From NCBI GenBank assembly GCA_045646345.1, contig JAZRKN010000004.1:1-40130 (forward strand): a DNA stretch of 40,130 nucleotides, given 5' to 3'. This stretch comes from Candidatus Scatovivens sp. GTDB lineage: Bacteria > Bacillota > Clostridia > TANB77 > CAG-508. A model generated the notes under the pieces. It worked only from the letters and a program-made list of their open reading frames with translations. It searched no databases and was not told the origin of the DNA. How positions within the stretch are numbered: position 1 is the first letter of the stretch; every line of letters begins with the position of its first letter. Of the stretch, positions 34,980 through 40,130 are shown one piece after another. A program made the translations under genes and the position numbers.

Positions 34980-36923
34980 TTATAATGATATTTCTTCTTG
35001 GTTTGAATTTTTGGATATATTAACAGTATGTTGTTTATTTTTTTCAGATATTTCGAAATATTTTGTCCTAAAATCATTTACTGAAAGTTTTGTACTATCT
35101 TTAATCCCCATTTTTTTGTAGAAATCACCTTGAGGATTTTCTGGAATTATAACTTTTAAATCATCTCGAAAATCTTTATAGAAAATATCAGCACCTTCTT
35201 TTAGAGTATGAGGCATAATTACTTCTGTTAGATTAGGATTATTCATTAATGCAGCTTGACCTATGAAATCCATAACACCTGGAAGTTTTAATTTCTTTAA
35301 ATAAGCTAATGCAGATATAGCACCACTACCTAAATATCTTAATGATTCAGGAAATTCAATTATATTTAAACGATTACAATTATGGAATGCAGAATCTTCG
35401 ATTCTTTCTAAAGTACCAGGTAAATTAGTAAGAGTAACAAGATCTCTACATCTTTCTAATGCACTTCTTCCAATTTTAACTAAATTTTTTGAAAAGTTAA
35501 TTTCTTTTAATTTCTCACATCCTCTTAAAAGACAAGGAGGAATAACTTCTAAGTTTTCAGAACAATCAAATTTTTCTAAACGACTACAATTTTCAAAAAC
35601 ACCTTCACCAAGGTGAGATAATTTACTAGGTAGTTTTACTTCTTTTAAATTATAGCATTCATAAAAAGCATAGTCATCAATTGATTCCAATGATTCGGGT
35701 AAATTAATTTCTTTTAAACTATGACAAGAAGAGAATGCAAATTTACCAATTGATTTTAAACTTTTTGGTAAATTTATCTTTTCTAAACAATGTAAATCTG
35801 AAAATGCATCTTTTCCAATTAATTGCAAAGTATCAGGTAAGGAGATTTCTTTTAATTTTTTACATCCTTTAAATACAGATTCTGGTAAACTATGTAATCC
35901 TTCAGGAAGAGCAACAGAAATAATTTGTTCTTTATATTTTAATGGTATTAAAATTTGTTTTGGATTTTCGCTATCTAATTTTACTTTAATTGTCTTTGTA
36001 TGAGTTTTTCCTCTATTAAAAATTTTATTTGGCAACTCTACAACACAAGTCATATAATTAGGTTTTGTTTTTGGGTTTCCTACAGGAACTAATGCTGTAT
36101 TTTCTTTAGGAGTAGAAGAGGTAGGAACTTGGTCTTTTGACTCTGAAATAGATTTTTCTTGTTTTGGTTCTCCTAAAATCGCATTGATTTCATTTGGAGT
36201 TATAGAATGTTTTTTTCCAGCTAATGCTTGAAACAATACAGGAGATTTTAACAGAGTTCTTAGGTCAGGGTTACTCCTTAAGGAATCTAATTCAAACTTA
36301 TCCATAGGAGAGATATCCTTTGATTCTAATGAAGAAGAGATTCTTCTTTGTATGCTTGCTTGGTATTCATCTAACGAAATAAAGTCAGTAACTTTTTCTT
36401 GAGGAAGAACACCATTAACTTTTAAACTTTTTAATTGATATTCAAGAAAGGCATCAGATAATTTTTGTTCCATTGCAGAGATTTCTACTGGAGAAAATTG
36501 ATAGTCAGAACTTACTTTATCTATATTCCATTGTTCTTTTAACTGAGTTAGTTGTTCTAGTTTTATATAATCTAATTTTTTGAAATCATCAAAAATAGAA
36601 GAATATAAATTAAATCTATAAGCTCTTAATTTTCCTCTTCCAGATTCTATTTTTCCATTAGCAACTAAAGAAGCAATATCATTTTGATCATAACCTTCCA
36701 TATAAGAAGAAAAATCGTCTTCTAATATAGAAATTGCCCCAACTAAAGATGCTTTTTGTCTCTCTAAATCTAATTCACTTAATCCTATAAAAGTTTCTTG
36801 TAATTTTGTAAGTCTAGAAGAAAACTCAGCATATTTTTCTGGATCTGATAACGCTATCATTAAAAGCTTCTTTTCAATAGTTTCTAAATTTTGATTAATA
36901 ATTTGTTTTGTTGAAACTTCCAT
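34980..36923 (-). CDS. BspA-type leucine-rich-repeat (LRR_5) protein with a long uncharacterised N-terminal domain
   Basis: About ten repeats of the form LKEINLPxSLxSIxxxAFxxC in the C-terminal half; no signal peptide seen. Confidence 0.88.
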   Translation of the reverse strand: MEVSTKQIINQNLETIEKKLLMIALSDPEKYAEFSSRLTKLQETFIGLSELDLERQKASLVGAISILEDDFSSYMEGYDQNDIASLVANGKIESGRGKLRAYRFNLYSSIFDDFKKLDYIKLEQLTQLKEQWNIDKVSSDYQFSPVEISAMEQKLSDAFLEYQLKSLKVNGVLPQEKVTDFISLDEYQASIQRRISSSLESKDISPMDKFELDSLRSNPDLRTLLKSPVLFQALAGKKHSITPNEINAILGEPKQEKSISESKDQVPTSSTPKENTALVPVGNPKTKPNYMTCVVELPNKIFNRGKTHTKTIKVKLDSENPKQILIPLKYKEQIISVALPEGLHSLPESVFKGCKKLKEISLPDTLQLIGKDAFSDLHCLEKINLPKSLKSIGKFAFSSCHSLKEINLPESLESIDDYAFYECYNLKEVKLPSKLSHLGEGVFENCSRLEKFDCSENLEVIPPCLLRGCEKLKEINFSKNLVKIGRSALERCRDLVTLTNLPGTLERIEDSAFHNCNRLNIIEFPESLRYLGSGAISALAYLKKLKLPGVMDFIGQAALMNNPNLTEVIMPHTLKEGADIFYKDFRDDLKVIIPENPQGDFYKKMGIKDSTKLSVNDFRTKYFEISEKNKQHTVNISKNSNQEEISL

Positions 36924-37065
36924 TTAAAATACCTTTCTAAAAAATAAAATATATCAACATAATTAAATCATATATAAGAGAATAGTACAATTGATGTTAT
37001 TGAAATGTAAAGAGAAAGATAAAGAATGGAAATAATAAATATAGCAAACATTTTTTCGTTTGTTG

Positions 37066-37115
37066 TTGACTTTAAAAATGGAACATGATAAAATTTGGAC
37101 AAGAACTTGTGTTCG
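37066..37115 (+). promoter_or_regulatory. dinB sigmaA promoter with a LexA (Cheo) box
   Basis: TTGACT (37066-71), 17 nt, TAAAAT (37089-94). AGAAC-TTGT-GTTCG at 37102-15 matches GAAC-N4-GTTC. Confidence 0.8.
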
Positions 37116-37142
37116 CTATTTTAGAATTGGGAGTAATTGTAA

Positions 37143-38363
37143 GTGGAAAGAAAAATATTGCATGTAGATGTTAATAATGCATTTTTATCTTGGACTGCTG
37201 TAGATATGCTAAAAAAGGGTTATGAAAGAGATATCAGAACGATTCCTTCTATAATAGGAGGAGATGAAGAAAGACGATCTGGAATTGTTTTAGCAAAAAG
37301 TCCAATCGCAAAGAAGTTTGGAATAGTAACTGGAGAACCAATTTATTTTGCAAAGAAAAAATGTAATAAAATAGAAATTTTTCCATGTAATTTTGAAGTG
37401 TTTAAGGACTATTCAGATAAATTATATAATTTGCTTTTAGAGTACACAGATATGATTGAAAGATTTAGTATTGATGAATGCTTTATGGATTTAACTCACT
37501 ATTTAAATGGAAGAAAATTAGAAGACATTGCAAAAGAAATAAATTTCAGAGTCGAAAAAGAGTTAGGATTTACTGTAAATATAGGAGTATCAAGTAATAA
37601 ATTGTTAGCTAAGATGGCTTCTGATTTTGAAAAACCAAATAAAATTCATACATTATACGAATACGAAATAGAAGATAAGATGTGGCCATTACCAGTATCA
37701 GAATTGTTTATGATAGGGAAGAAAACTGTTCCTAAGCTGTATAACTTAAGAATAAAAACAATAGGTGATTTAGCCAAAACAGATAAAGAATTTATTATTA
37801 AACGATTCGGTAAGTTTGGAATAACAATGTGGAACTATGCAAATGGAATAGATGACTCAGAGGTTAATAACAAACAAGAATTACCTAAAAGTATAGGCAA
37901 CTCTGTAACATTACCAAAAGATTTAAAAGATATCGAAGAAATTAATAAAATTATTGTAGCATTATGCGAACAAGTAGCATATAGATTAAGACACTATAAT
38001 TTGGTGGCAAGTACAGTTAATGTACAATTAAGAAACAAAGATTTTGTTGATTATTCACACCAAAAAGCCTTAAAATATGATACTTCTTCAACAAAGGAAA
38101 TTATTGAAACTGCAAAAGAAGTTCTTTTGGAAATGTATAAAGGAGAGGCAATTAGATTAGTTGGAGTTAGAGTTGATAATTTAGAGAGCAAAGACGAAAT
38201 GCAAATATCATTTTTTTCTAACCAAACAGAGCAAAAACAAGAGAAGATAGATACTGTACTAGATACTTTAAAACAAAAATATGGATATAATTCTGTTACA
38301 AGAGCAGGAAAATTAGAAATTGCAGATACAGTAAAAGGAAAAGAAAAAAAGATGAAATTTTAA
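37143..38363 (+). CDS. dinB: DNA polymerase IV
   Basis: ILHVDVNNAF, SIDECFMD, NIGVSSNKLLAKMASDFEKP, KSIGNSVT, IRLVGV. Confidence 0.95.
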   Translation: MERKILHVDVNNAFLSWTAVDMLKKGYERDIRTIPSIIGGDEERRSGIVLAKSPIAKKFGIVTGEPIYFAKKKCNKIEIFPCNFEVFKDYSDKLYNLLLEYTDMIERFSIDECFMDLTHYLNGRKLEDIAKEINFRVEKELGFTVNIGVSSNKLLAKMASDFEKPNKIHTLYEYEIEDKMWPLPVSELFMIGKKTVPKLYNLRIKTIGDLAKTDKEFIIKRFGKFGITMWNYANGIDDSEVNNKQELPKSIGNSVTLPKDLKDIEEINKIIVALCEQVAYRLRHYNLVASTVNVQLRNKDFVDYSHQKALKYDTSSTKEIIETAKEVLLEMYKGEAIRLVGVRVDNLESKDEMQISFFSNQTEQKQEKIDTVLDTLKQKYGYNSVTRAGKLEIADTVKGKEKKMKF

Positions 38364-38391
38364 AAAAACAGTTCCAAATAGAACTGTTTTT
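38364..38391. terminator. Bidirectional terminator between dinB and the recombinase gene
   Basis: AAAAACAGTTC-caaata-GAACTGTTTTT. Confidence 0.8.
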
Positions 38392-38403
38392 ATTTTTATT
38401 AAT

Positions 38404-39405
38404 TTAAAAATTTGCAAGTGGATTGTTTTCAACTGCACTACGAATTTGTTCATTATCAACATGAGTATAAATTTCAGTAGTAGAAATACTTTCATGGCCT
38501 AAAAGTTCTTGAAGTGCTCTAATATCTACTTGACCATATTTATACATAAGAGTTGCTGCTGTATGTCTTAATTTATGTACTGAATATTTGTTAGGGTCAA
38601 TTCCTGCAAATTTTAATTCTTCTTTTACTATATATTGTACAGTTCTATTACTAATACGTTGTTTTTGTTCACTCAAAAACAATGCATCTCTTGAGGTATA
38701 TTTTATATTATCTTTTGGTCTAACTGCTAAATATTCTTTAATAGCTTTTATACAAGCTTTATTTAAATAAATAGTTCTTTCTTTATCACCTTTACCAATA
38801 ACATTAAGTTTTTCTTCTGAAAAATCTATATCTTTAATATTAATTCCTACTAATTCAGATAAACGTAAACCACAATTTAAAAATAAAGTTATTATTGCAA
38901 AATTTCTTTCTTTATTATCATGATTTCCATGAGATGAAGGTAGAGGATTAGAGGCTACTTCAAGAAGTTCTTTACTTTCCTCTAAACTTAAATATTTAGG
39001 CAATCTTCTACCAATTTTGGGATTTTCTAAATCTTGAGCTGGATTATTAGGAATTTTTTTAGATTTATTACACAAATAATGAAAGAAAATTCTAATACTA
39101 GAAGCTTTTCTTGCTAGAGTGGCTGGTTTACTATGAAAATTAGTTTTTAAATAACCTAAAAAAGCATGAATATCTTCTAATGCAATTTTTTCAATTGTTT
39201 CTAAAGTTAAATCTTTAATTTCAATAATTCTTAAATCTTGATCATCATCTATTTTTACCATATTAAATTTGTACATTATAAATTTTAGAAAATAAGCAAT
39301 GTCATAATTATATTCTTTAACAGAATTTGGTGACTTATTTAAAATTGTTGCTGAATAATCTAAAAAATCATTTAAAAAATAAGGATTATTTTTATTATCT
39401 AACAT
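38404..39405 (-). CDS. XerC/XerD-like tyrosine recombinase
   Basis: Full catalytic set: GLRLSEL, GKGDKER, HKLRH, LGH, TTEIYTH; N-terminal core-binding domain. Start at ATG 39405 after GAAAGGA. Confidence 0.93.
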   Translation of the reverse strand: MLDNKNNPYFLNDFLDYSATILNKSPNSVKEYNYDIAYFLKFIMYKFNMVKIDDDQDLRIIEIKDLTLETIEKIALEDIHAFLGYLKTNFHSKPATLARKASSIRIFFHYLCNKSKKIPNNPAQDLENPKIGRRLPKYLSLEESKELLEVASNPLPSSHGNHDNKERNFAIITLFLNCGLRLSELVGINIKDIDFSEEKLNVIGKGDKERTIYLNKACIKAIKEYLAVRPKDNIKYTSRDALFLSEQKQRISNRTVQYIVKEELKFAGIDPNKYSVHKLRHTAATLMYKYGQVDIRALQELLGHESISTTEIYTHVDNEQIRSAVENNPLANF

Positions 39406-39491
39406 ACTATTTCCTTTCAACAAGAAATTTAAATTTGAATATATATTATCATTAAAATAAAACTATTACAAGAAAATTTTAATTTATATAT

Positions 39492-39559
39492 GTAGGGGCG
39501 GACGCCCCTGTCCGCCCGTAAAAAAATAGATATGGAGGGTTGATACCCACATCAACCCG
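39492..39559 (+). repeat. Two REP-like palindromes (GTAG-type)
   Basis: GTAG-GGGCGGAC-gcccct-GTCCGCCC-G (39492-518) and TGGA-GGGTTGAT-acccac-ATCAACCC-G (39533-559): both have an 8-bp stem and 6-nt loop. Confidence 0.7.
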
Positions 39560-39609
39560 TTTAGGCAAATTTAATGTAAAAAAAAGTTTACATATTATCT
39601 CAAAATGTG

Positions 39610-39638
39610 TTGACATAAATCAAAACCGATGATATAAT
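39610..39638 (+). promoter_or_regulatory. Consensus sigmaA promoter (extended -10)
   Basis: TTGACA (39610-15), 17-nt spacer containing TG, TATAAT (39633-38). Confidence 0.8.
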
Positions 39639-39686
39639 GTCTACATAATTTTATAATTATATAATTTTTTAGGAGGAAAAAACTTT

Positions 39687-40130
39687 ATGGCAAACGGCAT
39701 CAACAACAGCAAGATTCCTACATCAGAAAGCGAACCCCAGGTGGTGCGGTTTGAAGAAGTAACTGCCAATGTTGAAAACATGGCAAATGCTGTTCAGAAT
39801 TCAGCAATCACCGTAAGTCCTAATGAGGTACCCAAGCTTGATCCTGAAAAAGCTCTGGCAGCTATGCCGGAAGATGAGAGAAGAGAAGTTCTCGAACTCG
39901 CAGACAGAATCAATATGAGAGAAATCGAAAAGGTAATGAACTACGGCGGAAGTGTTCTTGAAAAGACTTTTGATCAGTGTGGAGAATTCCTTAAGGATGA
40001 AAGAGGTTCTACAGCAGACCAGATGGTTATGCAGCAGGTAATTGAACTTTCAAAAAAGGCTTCAGACAGCTATGATGATTTCAATCTGACCTTAAGAGAA
40101 CCTAACTTCCTTCAGAAACTTCTTCTTAAG
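39687..40130 (+). CDS. Probable toxic anion resistance (TelA-like) protein, 3' truncated by window edge
   Basis: Not in the ORF track. AGGAGG RBS; open to the window end: MANGINNSK...EVLELADRINMREIEKVMNYGGSVLEKTF...PNFLQKLLLK, resembling the TelA N-terminus; GC-richer codons. Confidence 0.6.
   Translation, partial: MANGINNSKIPTSESEPQVVRFEEVTANVENMANAVQNSAITVSPNEVPKLDPEKALAAMPEDERREVLELADRINMREIEKVMNYGGSVLEKTFDQCGEFLKDERGSTADQMVMQQVIELSKKASDSYDDFNLTLREPNFLQKLLLK

Noticed and set aside
38404-39405. Tyrosine recombinase as a prophage/ICE integrase or integron integrase
   Set aside because: It looks like a chromosomal XerC-type enzyme. It lacks the IntI-specific insertion, and no phage, conjugation or att-flanked genes are adjacent within the window.
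1-40130. CRISPR array, tRNA, rRNA or IS element
   Set aside because: I found no spaced direct repeats, cloverleaf or rRNA-like segments, or transposase motifs by eye. A covariance-model scan would be needed to exclude small RNAs.

Overview
AT-rich chromosomal window from a Clostridia-like Firmicute. The taxon is inferred from sigmaA promoters, AGGAGG ribosome-binding sites, a Gram-positive LexA box and a SpoVFB homologue. The core genes are clpX (5' partial), an RluA pseudouridine synthase, NUDIX/MFS/HD proteins, two thioesterases, SprT, a His-rich COG0523 GTPase, envelope genes (LCP, flippase, VanY-type peptidase, NAGPA-family protein, VanW), NAD salvage genes (nadD, nadE, pncB), trmB, a GldA/F/G-like ABC transporter, dinB and a XerC-like recombinase. 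Several things stand out. (1) A tandem pair of small paralogous Cys-motif genes, each a complete transcription unit followed by a long 3' hairpin whose loop sequence is conserved while the stems differ. (2) Several GC-richer solo genes scattered among the AT-rich genes, three of them with near-consensus promoters. (3) A predicted ~912-aa HExxH metallopeptidase split by a +1 frameshift at a CGG codon. (4) An eroded GshF-like ATP-grasp ligase next to a GNAT-like gene with a structured leader. (5) A degenerate orphan SpoVFB. (6) Two GTAG-type REP-like palindromes next to the recombinase. I saw no rRNA, tRNA, CRISPR array or transposase. All family calls come from reading motifs by eye, not from database searches.
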